A stretch of 64,000 bases of DNA from Mobula hypostoma. Taxonomy: Eukaryota. The stretch is from assembly GCF_963921235.1 (NCBI RefSeq), contig NC_086108.1, positions 74,650,001 through 74,714,000 of the forward strand, given 5' to 3'. Below, piece by piece: positions 14,150 through 26,400 of the stretch. Made by a program: the position numbers and the translations under genes. Under the pieces are notes generated by a model. The model was not told the origin of the DNA, ran no database searches, and worked only from the letters and a program-made list of their open reading frames with translations. Every line of letters begins with the position of its first letter. The stretch's first letter is position 1.

Positions 14150-14775
14150 GACCATAAGATATAGGGGCAGAATTAGGCCATTTGGCTCTTTGAGTCTGCT
14201 CTACCATTTCATCATGGCTGATCCAATCTCTCAGTCCCAATCTCCTACCTTCTCCCCTTCTCACTTTGCCTCCTGCCAATCAGCCTCTGCTTTATCCATG
14301 CTAGAATCTTTCCTGTAATACCATGGGCTTGTACCTTGTTAAGCAGTCTCAAGTGTGGTACCTTGTCAAAGGCCTTCTGAAAATCCAAGTACACAACATC
14401 AACCGATTTTCCTTTGTCTATGCTGCTTGTTACTACTTCAGAGAATTCCAACAGATATGTAATACAAGATTTTCCCTTGAGGAAACCATGCTGACTGTGG
14501 CCTATTTTATCATGTGCCTCCAGGTACACCAAGACCTCAATCTCAATAATACACTCCAACACCTACCCAATCACTGAGGTCAGACTAACTGGTCTATAGT
14601 TTCCTTCTGCCTCTCTCACTTCTTGATGAGTGGAGTGACGTTTGCAATTTTTCATCTATTGATTCTTGGAAGATCATTACTAATGCCTCCACGATTTCTT
14701 TAGCCTCTTCTTTCAGAACTCATGGGTGAACCACCGTCTGGTCAAGGTAACTTGCCTACCTTCAGACCTTGCAAG
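14150..14775 (-). mobile_element. CR1 fragment (tail joined to mid-RT)
   Basis: ORF SQHGFLKGKSCITYLLEF...VYLDFQKAFDKVPHLRLL; tail accataagatataggggcagaattaggcc. Confidence 0.85.
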
Positions 14776-14930
14776 TTCTCTCTAGTTTCTTTGCTGAACC
14801 ACTTAGCTAGATTTTTATTTTTATGTTTATGCTGATTAAGCCCATAAGACCATAAAGCATCAAGGCATGGGAGCAGAAATAGGCGAGTCAGCCTATCCAG
14901 TCTACTCTGCCATTTGATCATAGCTGATTT

Positions 14931-15772
14931 CAAAGTTTAAAGTAAATTTATTATCAAAGATTCATTTTCTTGCAGGAATTTAAAGGAAAAATAAAAATAC
15001 AACAACTTATGAAAAATTACAAAAATTGATAAATATTCAATATGCAAAAGAAGGCAAACTGTGCAAATAAAAAAATAATAGTGAGAACACAAGTTGTAAA
15101 GAGTCTTTTGAAAGTGAGACTGTAGGCCCAAGAATCAGTTCAGAGTTACGGTGTGTGAAGTTATCCACGTTGGTTCAGGAGCGTGATGATTGTACGGTAA
15201 TAAGTGGTACTGAACCTAGTGGTGTAGACCCAAGGCATCTGTATCACCTGCACAATGGTAATAGCAAGAATAGGGTGGGGGGGCCTTGATGATGGCTGCT
15301 GCTTTCTTCTGACAGCGCTCCATGTAAATGGACTCAGTAGTTGGAGCATTCTTTGCCTGTAATGGTCTGGGCTGTATCCACTACTTTCTGTAGTTTTTCC
15401 CATTCTTGGACATTGGCATTTCCATACCAGGCTATGATGCATCCAGGTTGAATGCTTTCCAATATGCATCGACAAAAGTCTGTCAAAGTTTTTGGTAACA
15501 TGCCGAATCCAAACAAACTTCTCAGAAAGTAGAGATCCTGTCATGCCCTTCTTCATGATGACACTAACGGGCTAATCCCAGGACGGATTCTCTGATATAA
15601 CGCTAAGGAATTTAAAGCTACAGACACTCTCCACTGACAATCCCTAATGAGGACTGGTTCATGGACCCCCAGCTTTCCCCCTGCAGTTGATAATCAGCTC
15701 TTTGGTTTTGTTGATGTTGAGTGAAAGGTTGTAGTAGCACTACTCAACCAGATCTTCAGTTTCTCTCCATAT
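14931..15772 (-). mobile_element. Rex1/Babar-like LINE fragment
   Basis: ORF FGMLPKTLTDFCRCILESIQPGCIIAWYGNANVQEWEKLQKVVDTAQ; same 3' end as the 1088 copy. Confidence 0.8.
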
Positions 15773-15777
15773 CCAAA

Positions 15778-16285
15778 TGTGGTGGCACAGTAGTGTAGTG
15801 GTTAGAGTAAAACTATTACAGTGTTAGCTGTAAGATGAGTGTCTGATTCCGACTGTTGTTTGTAAGAAGCTTGTACATTCTCCCCATGACTACAAGGGCT
15901 TTCTCCAGGTGCTTTGCTTTTAAAGTTCAAAGTAAATTTATTATCAAAGTACATATCTGTCACCATATGCAACCCTGAGATTCATTTTCTTGTGGGCATT
16001 TATAGTAAATACAAAGAAACACACAAAAAACAAGCAAAATAATAATAAATATACAAGCAATAAATCATGAGATGAAAAGTTCTTGAGAGTGAGTCCATAG
16101 GTGGTGGGTTCCTCCCACATTCAAAAGATGTATGCTTAGGGTTAGTGAGTTACGGACATGTTATTATTGACGCTGGAAGCTTGGCGACACTTGCGGACTG
16201 GTCAGCACAATCCTTGCTGATTTGATTTGATGCAAAAGACATATTTCTTGATATACATGTGACAAATAAAGCTAATCTAATCTTT
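15778..16285 (+). mobile_element. V-SINE-like tRNA-derived SINE interrupted by a Rex tail (15922-16108)
   Basis: Head ggtggcacagtagtgtagtggttag; V-domain-like ttctccccatgac...ttctccaggtgct|ttcctcccacattcaaaaga; ends gtgacaaataaagctaatctaatc. Confidence 0.7.
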
Positions 16286-17167
16286 TTTTAAATTTCGTTC
16301 AACCCCATTCTCCTGCCTTCTCCCTGTAACCTTTGATGCCTTTACAAATCAAGAACCTATCAACTAGGGATCATTTTCTTAAAGCTCCTCTTGATACTCT
16401 CCAATACCAGTATCTTTTTTTACTTTTGGGGCCTAAAGCTGTTGACAATACTCCACTAATGATCTGGCCAGTATATTTATTAAAGCTTCAGCATTACATC
16501 CTTACTTTTATGTTCTAGTCCTCTGGAAATGAATGTTAAATTGCATTTGCTTCCCCTATTGCTGGCTCAGCCTGCATGTTATCCTTTAGGGAACCTTGCA
16601 CCAGGGCTCCCAAGTCCCTTTGAACCTCTCATTTCTGAATTTGCTTCCCATTTAGAAAATAGTCTATACCGTTATTACTCCTACCAAAGTGCATGACCAT
16701 AAAATTTACTACACTGAATTTTATTTGGTACTTCTTTGCACATTCCCCTAATCTACCCAAGTCATTCTGCAGATTCCTTGCTTCCTCAACACCACCTGCC
16801 CCTTTTCCAATCTTTGTATCATCTACAATCTTGATCAAAAAGCCATCAATTCCGTCATCCAGATCATTAACACATAAAGTGAAAAGTAGTGGACCCAACA
16901 CTTACCCCTGTGGAATGCCACTAGTCACCAGCAGACAACCAGAAGAGATCCTCTTTATTGCCAGTCAGTTATATTCTGATCATGTTTGTATCTTTCTTGT
17001 AATACCATCTAGTTTAGCAGCCTTATGTGTGGCACCTTATCAAAGGCCTACTGAAAATCCAAGAAAAAAACATTCACTGACTCACCTTTGTCTACCCTAC
17101 CTGTTGTGTAACCTATGGTATAACTCACAATTTGGTCATCTATTTTCCACATGTTATTGACTATCTT

Positions 17168-17475
17168 GTGTTGGAGCGTGGCCAAGTGGTTAAGGCGTTC
17201 GGCTAGTGATTTGAAGGTCGCTAGTGCGAGCCTTGGCTGAGGCAGCGTGTTGTGTCCTTGAGCAAGGGACTTAACCACACATTGCTCTGCGACGACACCA
17301 GTGCCAAGCTGTATGGGTCCTAATGCCCTTCCCTTGGACAACATCGGTGGCGTGGAGAGGGGAGACTTGCAGCATGGGCAACTGCCGGTCTTCCATACAG
17401 CCTTGCCCAGGCCTGCGCCCTGGAAATTTTCTAAGGCGCAAATCCATGGTCTCATGAGACTAACGGATGCCTATA
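17168..17475 (+). mobile_element. Young tRNA-derived SINE (CORE-like centre)
   Basis: A-box tggccaagtgg, degenerate B-box, gtgtccttgagcaagggacttaacc centre; perfect 12-bp TSD attgactatctt at 17156-17167 and 17476-17487. Confidence 0.85.
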
Positions 17476-18432
17476 ATTGACTATCTTACACAACTATGGA
17501 CTATGTTTTGTGATATCTTGCATGGATTTAGATATAGTATTTAATTGTAACATTTCCCATCTTGATAAGGTGTTTACTTTTACTCCTGGAAAAGCAGTCT
17601 GCCTTTCTTCACCACCAACATATAAAATGGGTGAGATTGTCGAAATTTTACTAATATTTAAATTCCATTTTGTAGTCCTCTGTTATTTGTTAATCTGGCC
17701 GGGTGCTGGGAATCCCACTGTCTCAGTTATATTAGGCTGTACACCAACAATATCTTCAGATGTATGTTTTCAACTTCACCAAGCTAATTGACAAATTACA
17801 GCAGCATTAATAAGGCTTATAGAATTTAATTGGAAGTCCTCAGGTTTCCTAGGCTTCTTGAATCTTGCCAGTATTTAAAGGGATACTATAAATGGGCAAT
17901 ATTTGGTAAGAAAATGACGGTAATTGATGTTGCTGCTGAAATACCAGTGAAACATTCCAATAAGCACTAGCGTTTCATAGTCACTTTCTAAGTGCTTGTG
18001 TGAAAGGCTTTCTTCACAGCACTTGTACCAAAAGGAAATTTGACAAATTTGGAGATTTGTATACTTGATCATTATCTCGGAACTCTGATGTATCAGATTA
18101 GCACGAGTGCTGTTTAAGCTGTGTTACTTGGAGCCTCGGGTGAAGACTTGGGTGACTGAGAGCAGCAACAGCAGTCGTCACACTGGTGGAAGCATTACCA
18201 GATCCCGGAGAGATAGGAGCCTAATGGCAGCATACGCTGAGCGCTGAGTGCCAGAGGTTTGATCCATACAGCATTGTAGCCTGATAAGATAGAGAGGAAC
18301 AGAAGGAGGCAGTTTTCAGAAGGTTTTACCTGCCATACAAGCTCTACAGGCAGATGTTAAGCTTCCATGACACTTTAGAACAACAGTGCTTCAGGAGAAT
18401 TAGTCTTGTATCAAATGATGTTTGATATAAGA

Positions 18433-18600
18433 CAGAAAATGGTTCGGCACAGCCAAGAAGGGCCAAAAGGCCTGTTTCTATGCTGTAGTTTTTCTATGGT
18501 TTCTATGTGGGACTAGGCAGAAAATGGTTCAGCACAGCCAAGAAGGGCCAAAAGGCCTGTTTCTGTGCTGTAGTTTTTCTATGGTTTCTGTGGTTTTTCT
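18433..18600 (+). repeat. Tandem dimer of the young CR1 3' terminus
   Basis: Two near-identical copies of cagaaaatggttcggcacagccaagaagggccaaaaggcctgtttctgtgctgtagtttttctatggtttct, matching the tail of the 7337-8838 element. Confidence 0.85.
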
Positions 18601-18904
18601 AAATGAAGGTTCAGCCCTTTGAGACAATTCCTGTTGCTGAATTCCCAACTGAAACATGTTGCACTTTGGAGTCTCTATTCAAGTACTGGAATTGAAACAT
18701 AGGAATCAATTGTATGTGGATAGTCACCCTGTTAGTTCAGATAACTGGTCAAGAAACCTGGAAGTGATATGGTAGTCAGCAGCGAGATTTAAAAATGCAA
18801 CGTCATTCGTGTTGTTTACCTCCCAGATTCCAGAGTGCAAGCAACCACCCTCTTAGTGCATATATTAGTTACCAAGTGTAGGGGGAATTATTTGACAATA
18901 AATA

Positions 18905-19060
18905 GCAACACACACGCAATGCTCAGGATGTCCTTATTAAGAGTCTTGGCCCAAAACCTTACCTGTTTATTCCTCTCCATAGATGCTGTTTAATCTGCTG
19001 CGTTCCTCCACCATTGTGTGTGTTGCTCAAGATTTCCAGCATCTGCAGAACCTCTTGTGC
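18905..19060 (+). mobile_element. Older Penelope pLTR insertion with short inverted arm
   Basis: gcaacacacacgcaatg is inverted relative to cattgtgtgtgttgc; degenerate hammerhead; tail gatttccagcatctgcagaacc; aaatagc occurs on both flanks. Confidence 0.7.
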
Positions 19061-19467
19061 TGAAATAGCCACTTTCCATTAGTTGATCTGATTGCCTGCT
19101 TTGCAGGACAATTTCTAAACCCATGTATCTCAAAGTGATGAGTTGGCTTTGATCATAGTTTAATATATCGTCCACTCAATTAGCTGTCATGTCACTGAGT
19201 TATCTAGCTAACAAGCTGATCAAAACCTATTTGCTCACTCTAAGTACTTCACCAGGCAAATTACTGCAGTGAAAATATACCAAATTTAGGAAAAATAAGT
19301 TAATAGCAATTCTTTGGACTATTTGATTTGATTAAAGAATATAATCACTGTTGATATTTTAAAATCTGCATGCTCTTTGTAGACAAACTATTCAACATTA
19401 CCAGCCAGAGTATCTCAACACTCTTTTTCTCTAATCCATTTGATATGTTGAGCCAAACAGGTGGTAA

Positions 19468-19908
19468 AAGTTCAAAGTAAATTTATTATCAAAGTACCTA
19501 TTTGTCACCATATACAACCCTGAGATTCATTTTCTTGCTGGCATACTCAATGAATCCATCACAGAATAATAACCAAAACCAATGAGAGACCACGCCGACT
19601 TGGAGCGCTCAACCAGTGTGCATAAGACAACAAACTGTGCAAATACAAAGCAAAAAAAAAAAAATAAATGAGCAATAAATATCAGGAACATGAGATGAAG
19701 AATCCTTGAAATTGAGGTTATGAGCTGTGGGAACATTTCAGTGATGGGGCAAGTGAAGTTAAGTGAATCTATCCCCTTTGGTTCAAGAGCCTGATGGTTG
19801 AGGGATAATAACTGTTCCTAAACCTGGTGGTGAGAGTCCTGAGGCTCCTGCATCTTTTTTCTGATGGCAGCAGTGAGAATAGAGCATGACCTGTGTGGTG
19901 GAGATCTC
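19468..19908 (-). mobile_element. Rex1/Babar-like LINE 3' fragment
   Basis: High visual similarity to 1094-1530. Confidence 0.8.
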
Positions 19909-21107
19909 TTTTGGCTCCACACATAGGTTACCATTCTGATCTTCCGGAGGACCAGTTTTAGCCCTTGCAATCTTTTAGCTCTTAACATATCTGTAGAATC
20001 CCTTAAGATTTTCCTTCACCTTCTCTGCTAGGGCAACCTCTTGCCTTCTTTTAGGCCTCCTGATTTCTTTCCTAATTGTTCCCTTGATTCTTCTGATGTT
20101 CTAGACAAATATGTCAGCAATCCAATTTCTTTTTTGCTCAGTTACATTATAGCCTCTGCAACTTCGGGTCCATCATTCCTAGTATTCTTTGTTTGTGTTA
20201 CTCTAGCCAGTTCTGCTGTTTGTTGATACATACTGTAACCACACCAGCTAATATTTCTGTTTAAAAGCTCAGGCAGGTAACCTATCCCAGGTACTTGGGA
20301 ATCCTTAGGAAATTTTTCCTATCTTTTGGGTGCTTTAAAATTTTAGGTTGTCAATGCTCCAGTTTTAACTTTTGACCTAATAATCAAGCTAATGGTTATC
20401 CTTGGTGTGTGGACGCCCTTCCTGACATCACTTTTTCAATAGAGATCCATTTATCTGCAAATATTAGGAGGAAGGCTATGTACAACAGTTAGACAATGTT
20501 GCTAGGATGTACAAAGAACAGCTTGACCATGGTTTTTGGCCAAAACCTTGGACTCTTGATATTGCTGACTGTGATCCAAATTGATGATCCTTTAATACCA
20601 ATTCAATGCCAGCATTCAATTTCTAAACAAAAGTGACCCAGTCTTTGGAAATATCTTCCATGCACTGTGTTATCGTTAGTTAATAACAACATACTATATC
20701 ATTTAGCTTTAGGGCAACATATAGTTTAGGTTACAATTCCATTTTCACTTTATTCCCCCTTTGTGCTTTCTTTGTGCTAGTATGCTGTTTATGCTCAAAA
20801 TTACCTTTTAATAAAAGGTCCTCTTCCAATGTCACATTACATGCTTTCCATTGTAATATTTAATGAAAAATCAAGATCTGTATTATCTTTGCTGTACTGT
20901 GAGTACAGCTTTCTTGCTCTTCGAGACAGAATTGAATTTTCAGCAGTTTCAGCACAAAATGGAACAATGCCAAAACGTATCCATTTCTATTGTTGAATTA
21001 AAAAAATGTCCATTTGAAAACCATGTCAGTGAACCCCAAGTTGTATTCTATAATATTAATTAGTAATAAACTGTATCATTTCTATTTTTGTTTCTCTCAC
21101 TTTTCCT

Positions 21108-21190
21108 CTCACACATAAGTGTACATACACTTGTGCATCCACACTCACACTCACACTCACGATCACACACACACTCACTCACTCGCTCAC
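21108..21190. repeat. Degenerate CA/CACT microsatellite
   Basis: acactcacactcacactcacgatcacacacacactcactcactcgctcac. Confidence 0.7.
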
Positions 21191-21527
21191 AGGATAGAAC
21201 CCCTCCCCAGTCCTCTCTTTATTGAGACAACTTGTGTGGACCTATACTGAGAAATTTAAACAACTAAAATATGGAATTATGTAATCATTATAAGCACTTT
21301 AGCTTCTAATTGAGGATTTGACAAGTTCCTCTTGCTTCATATTTTCATCTTTTCAGCTGCTGTGGGAAATATTGTTCTGACAGGCTAGTAAATATGCTTC
21401 TTCTGCCTCAATATACTTAACAAGTTGTCAACCACTAAAAACCCATCCAGTTCCACAAGACATTGTTTATACACTTAAAAAAAACCTAAATGACCTCAGT
21501 AATGATTTTGTGTGTTTTTGTTAACAG

Positions 21528-21808
21528 ATAATATCAGGAGAATGCTACCGGATCCATTACATGAAGGAACATTCCAAGTCCTTTATCCGCAACCCATATG
21601 TAGCTGCTCTGTATAGACAAGTCGGCTGCTTCATCTTTGGCTGTGCTATAAGCCAGTCCTTTACTGACATTGCAAAAGTATCTGTTGGTCGCCTGAGGCC
21701 ACACTTTTTAGATATTTGCAAACCAGATTTTTCAATGATCAACTGTTCCCTGGGTTACATTGAGAACTTCGAATGCAGAGGGAATGAAAGCAAGGTTCAG
21801 GAAGCAAG
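21528..21808 (+). CDS. PLPP3: PLPP3 internal coding exon (equivalent to human exon 3), contains C1 motif KxxxxxxRP
   Basis: Acceptor ttaacag|ATA and donor GCAAG|gtgatt; 281 bp. Translates [94 protein letters not shown], closely matching the recalled LPP3 sequence ([40 protein letters not shown]). Confidence 0.96.
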
Positions 21809-22717
21809 GTGATTTTTTTTTTGCTTAATAATATATGGAATAGAACCATAATTAATATTATCATGATGCTGCCATAAATGTATTTTCCTGTCTCCCCCTC
21901 CCCCACCTAACCCCCACAAAGGGTACAGAGAGTGAAATTGTTCTCTGCTACCAAAGCTAGATCAGCTGATATTGAAATGTCAGTTTTACATCTGTCGGAT
22001 TGTACTGATGAAGTATGGGGGTGTGAGACCAATTGCCAAACATTTCTTAGATGATACGGTTTAAAAAATGTGCTGTAATTTATGTAAACTTATTGGAACA
22101 GTGTTTAAATTTATAATGTAATAAAACTATTGAGTGTATGGAATCTACTGATTATAATTCATGTTCACTGTTACATTGACTAAAATTTGAATTCCTATTA
22201 ATTTTAAATGAAGTTGTGCAGCTTAATTGTTGAGCAGTGTAAAGTTTTGTGATTGTATTATATTTTTCTCCTGATCGACAAAGCTACCCTCCCATTGCAT
22301 TTGATTTCTTCTGCATCCTGCGCCTCCTTTCACCCCAATTTTGGTGGCAGTGCATTCAGCTGCCTAGATATTCAATGCAGGAATTTCTTCCACAATCTTC
22401 TCAGCTTCATGCCCTTTGTGGCCATCACTTCAACTACATTTTGCTTACCCGCTCCCCTTTATTTTGTACAATTGCAATACCTTTTTATTGACATCGTTAC
22501 TGGTGTGAAATATGCTGGGAATTTTTTTTGTATTTAGCATTTCCTACAAATTTGTTATAAATATATGCTCCTGTTTTAATCCCTGATTTAATAACTGAGC
22601 TTGTTCAAAGAGTAGCTAAATCTGGTGTGAGCAGAGCACAGGCATGCTTCCTATAAATTTTTATCTATTATGTGTAAGGATAGAAGATCACAATGCCTGC
22701 AGTGCATATAGGAGAAA

Positions 22718-22826
22718 ATACCATAAGACATAGGAGCAGAATTAGGCCATTTAGCCCATCGAATCTGCTCCGCCATTTCATCGTGGCTGATCCCGGATCT
22801 CATTCAACCCCATACATCTGCCCATG
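22718..22826 (-). mobile_element. CR1 3' tail
   Basis: accataagacataggagcagaattaggccatttagcccatcgaatctgctccgccatt. Confidence 0.75.
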
Positions 22827-22829
22827 TCC

Positions 22830-23580
22830 CGACCAGTCCCATAAAGCGTTGTGCCTCGGCCTAAGTGTTACACCTGCCCATACACCTCCTCCCTCACCTC
22901 CATTCAGGGCCCCAAAAGAGTACTTCCAGATGAGGCAACACGTCACCTGCGAATCTGCCGTCTGTTGTCTGTTGTGTCCGGTGCTCCTGATATGACCTCA
23001 AATACTAGGTGAGATCTATCGTAAATTGGGGGACCCCTTTGTCAAGCACCTCTGTGCCATCTACCACAAGTGGAACTTCCTGGTGTCAAAACATTATTAT
23101 TCTGATTCCCATTCTCGTTTTGACATGTCGGTCCACAGCCTCCTCTTTTGCCACGATGAGGCCACCTTCAGGGTGGAGGAGCAACACCTTGTATTCTGTC
23201 TGGTTCGCCTCCAACTGGATGGAATGAATATTGATTTCTTCTGGTTTAAAAAAAATCCCTCCCCCACCCTTTGACTTTTCACCTCACCTAACTATGACTT
23301 CCTCCTGGGTCCCCTCCTCCTTCCCTTTCTCCTATGGTCCACTCTTCTCTCCTATCAGATTGCTTCTTCTCCAGTTCTTGTCCTTTCTCACCCACCTGGC
23401 TTCACCTTTCACCTTCCAGCTCGCCTCCTTCCCCTCCACCTTTTTATTCTGGCATCTTAACCCTTCCTTCTCAGTCCTGGAAAAAGGTCTTGGCGTGACA
23501 TAGCAGCTGTTTATTCATTTTCATAAATGCTGCCTGACCTGTTGAGTTCCTCTAACATTTTGTGTGTGTGTTGCTTTGAT
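22830..23580 (+). mobile_element. Older Penelope-like element 3' part (GIY-YIG remnant, pyrimidine-rich UTR, degenerate pLTR)
   Basis: ORF pieces HVTCESA and DMSVHSLLFCHDEATFRVEEQHLVFCLVRLQLDGMNIDF are homologous to the 38 kb element. Confidence 0.85.
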
Positions 23581-23619
23581 ATTGGGTGGTTGTTTCTTAT
23601 TGGAGCCACATAAACCTGG

Positions 23620-24905
23620 GATAGAATCACAGAGTTCCAGACAGTCACGGGTTAAAGGAGGCTATTCAGGCAATCAAGTTTAAACTAACTTAATGAATGA
23701 GCAGTTGAGCAGGTCCCAATTCCTCACCCTCCTCCCTTATAACTCACTTTTGTTTCTTTTCTAATATTTATCCAGTTCATTTTTTGAATACTACAGCCAA
23801 ATCTGCTTCAACACTGACAGGTTCTTCCAGATTGTAAATACTCACTGCTTATTGGAAATTTCTTCTCTTGTCACTTTTGGTTTTTGTACAAAAAAATATC
23901 TTATGCCCTCTGGTTGATAAGTCATCTTCCATTGGGAACAATTTCTCTCTTTCTCCTCTGTATAGATACTTAATAATTTTAAATATCACTCTCATATCCC
24001 TTAGTATGTTACAGGAGGAATGCTACCAACTTCTCCAGTCTATCCATACAACAAAAATATCTCCCCCATATTATTCTAATAAGTCTTATCTGCATCTGTT
24101 CTAAGACACTCAAATCTTTTACGGAGTGATGGCCAAGACCAGACACTGTTCTCCAGATGTGTCCAAGCTAATGATTTATAAAGATTCATCACAGTTTCCT
24201 TGCTCTTGTATTCTATGTGGTTGGAAAATAAAGTGGCAAACCTTGTAGGTTTTTTGTAAAGTTGCATTATCAGCCTGCTTGCTACTTCCAATGATTTTCG
24301 CATATTCATTCCTGTTCTTCTTGATGACAAAACAATTTTTTCAATTTGTAGCATTGAATTGTATTTGCTCAGTGTCTGTCCATTCTCTTTATTCTCACTT
24401 GTATAATTATGTTCTTCACAGTTCAATGTACTTTTCATCACAAATTTGAAAATTGTGTCCAAGTCCACAAGGAAGGTTTATTCCCGTGGGTTTCCAGTTG
24501 ATGACAAACCAATTTGGTGTCCCTTTATCAAATGCCTTTTGAAAGTCCATAAATACTACATCAACCATATTTTGCTCATCAACCACCTCTGTCATCTCAT
24601 TAAAAATCTCTATCAGGTCACTCAAGCATATTGTGCCTTTACAAACAATGCTAGTTCTCCTAATCAGTTTACACTTATCTGCACAGTGTTTAATTTTGGT
24701 CCTTGAGTATAATTTCTAGGAGTTTTCCCACTACCTAGCTTAGATTGACTGGTCCGATGTTTCAGTGTTTGTGATTTTACCATTTTTTTATGTTATATTT
24801 ACGAGTTCCAGATGTTGCAACTAAAGACCAATAGCTCCTCAACTTCTATCACTGCTTTCCTCAGCAGCGAAGAATGCTGGAGTCTGGACCAGATAATTTA
24901 TCCAC
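23620..24905 (-). mobile_element. Old CR1 fragment
   Basis: ORFs VDVVFMDFQKAFDK and IEYKSKETVMNLYKSLAWTHLENSVWSW. Confidence 0.75.
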
Positions 24906-25021
24906 TACAAATATTTGTAAATGTCAGAGAGCTACCTACCTACTTACTGTGTGTATTGTGGGTTCATTAGTAAGTATTGCTGTATTATAAAGCCATGTTC
25001 AAATATTCTTCCATCCATCTA

Positions 25022-25550
25022 AACACAAGAACAGAATAGAAGTGGGATTAGGCTGCTAGCCCTACAATGTAGTATGATTGTGACTGACCTATGATGGCTT
25101 CAACTCCTCTTCTGAGCCAATCCTAATCCTGCAATTACAGATTGATTTATCAATATCACTTACCTACCTATTCCAACATGCCAGAGGCTATTCATTGTTT
25201 AAAAAAAAATCTATCTTAATCCTAAGTACTTCTAATTATAAAGCTTCTTCTAGCCTCAGAGGCAGAGACTTCCAGAGATTCAGTACAGGAATTCTCTGCA
25301 CTTCAGCTGTAAATAACCAGTCCTTTATTTTGTATCTATGTCCACTTTTCATAACTCTCCCACTTGTGGAAACATCTCAACATCTATCTTGTAAAACTCC
25401 TTTCAGGTCTTGTATGTTTGAATAAAGTCACACATCATTTTTTTTTTGAACTCCAAACCCAATGTGTCTAACCTCTCTTGTTAGGACAGTCCTCTCACCC
25501 CAAGAATTAGCCTGGTGATTCTCCTTTGGACTGTTTCTAATGACACTATT
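25022..25550 (-). mobile_element. Old CR1 3' fragment
   Basis: aacacaagaacagaatagaagtggga tail and degenerate RT C-terminus. Confidence 0.55.
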
Positions 25551-25749
25551 GAACAATTCTTTACAGAGAAACTGATTTTATGTAGACAACTCCTATGGGA
25601 ATGTGCACTTTTTGCTAACTAACATAAATAGAATGGGATTCTCGCCACATAATTTATACATTGGATAAGTAAAGGTTTTGCTATGTTATTGAGCCCATGT
25701 TGCACAAAAGGGCCTGATAATTAAAGAATTCTTTTGGCTTGTTTTGCAG

Positions 25750-25807
25750 GAAGTCGTTCTTCTCAGGACATGCCTCGTTCTCATTATACACCATGTTATA
25801 TTTGGCA
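25750..25807 (+). CDS. PLPP3: PLPP3 internal coding exon (equivalent to exon 4), C2 motif SGH
   Basis: Acceptor gttttgcag|G and donor GCA|gtaagt; 58 bp. First G completes the AG/G Arg codon from the previous exon, then KSFFSGHASFSLYTMLYLA. Too short for the ORF track. Confidence 0.96.
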
Positions 25808-26109
25808 GTAAGTGACTTAATATTTCATTTGCCATTCTTCAGTCCCTATCAAAGGCTATAAATTTCTTTAAGCATCCATTTTGTTGAGGGTTGAATGTAG
25901 TTCAAATCTAGTTTCTTGTTGGTAGCTTCAAGCTTATTTTGATCACAAGTGAATAGCACTGGATGGCTAGAGGTTGCAAACCATCATTGCCACATACTGT
26001 TGGCATATTGATAGTGATAAGAGTGTCACAAAATATTTACTACAAATAAGTCATTCTCTTCAATATGTTCACTCGTGCTGGCATTTATGCTTTACATGGC
26101 TCTCCTCAC

Positions 26110-26400
26110 AGTTGTTCCAGTGCTTTGCAGTACTGTCAGTAAGATTGGGGTTTGATTCCAGCCCCTGCCTGTAAGGAGTGTGTATTTTCTCACCATGACT
26201 GCATGGGTTATGTCTGGCAGCTCCAGTTTCCTCCCATATTCCACGGACATACAGTAAGATTAATGAGTTATGGGAATGGTTATATTAGTGCCAGAAGCAT
26301 GGTGTCACGTGTGGGCTGCCTAGCACAAACCTTACTGATTTGATTAGATGCAAATGACATGTCTTATTGTATATTTTAATGTACATTTGAAAAAGTAAAG
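26110..26400 (+). mobile_element. V-SINE-like element
   Basis: gtaaggagtgtgtattttctcaccatgactgcatgggtt...ctccagtttcctcccatattcc; similar to the 15778 copy. Confidence 0.65.

Larger units (their letters stand above)
14843..17100 (-). mobile_element. CR1 element split by nested insertions (tail 14843-14930, body resumes about 16295)
   Basis: ORF LGPLLFTLCVNDLDDGIDGFLIKIVDDTKIG; the tail sequence continues across the interruption (tagctgattt ... caaccccattctcctgcc). Confidence 0.75.

Noticed and set aside
17171..17245. tRNA gene
   Set aside because: It is the head of a TSD-flanked SINE, with a degenerate B-box and no clean cloverleaf.
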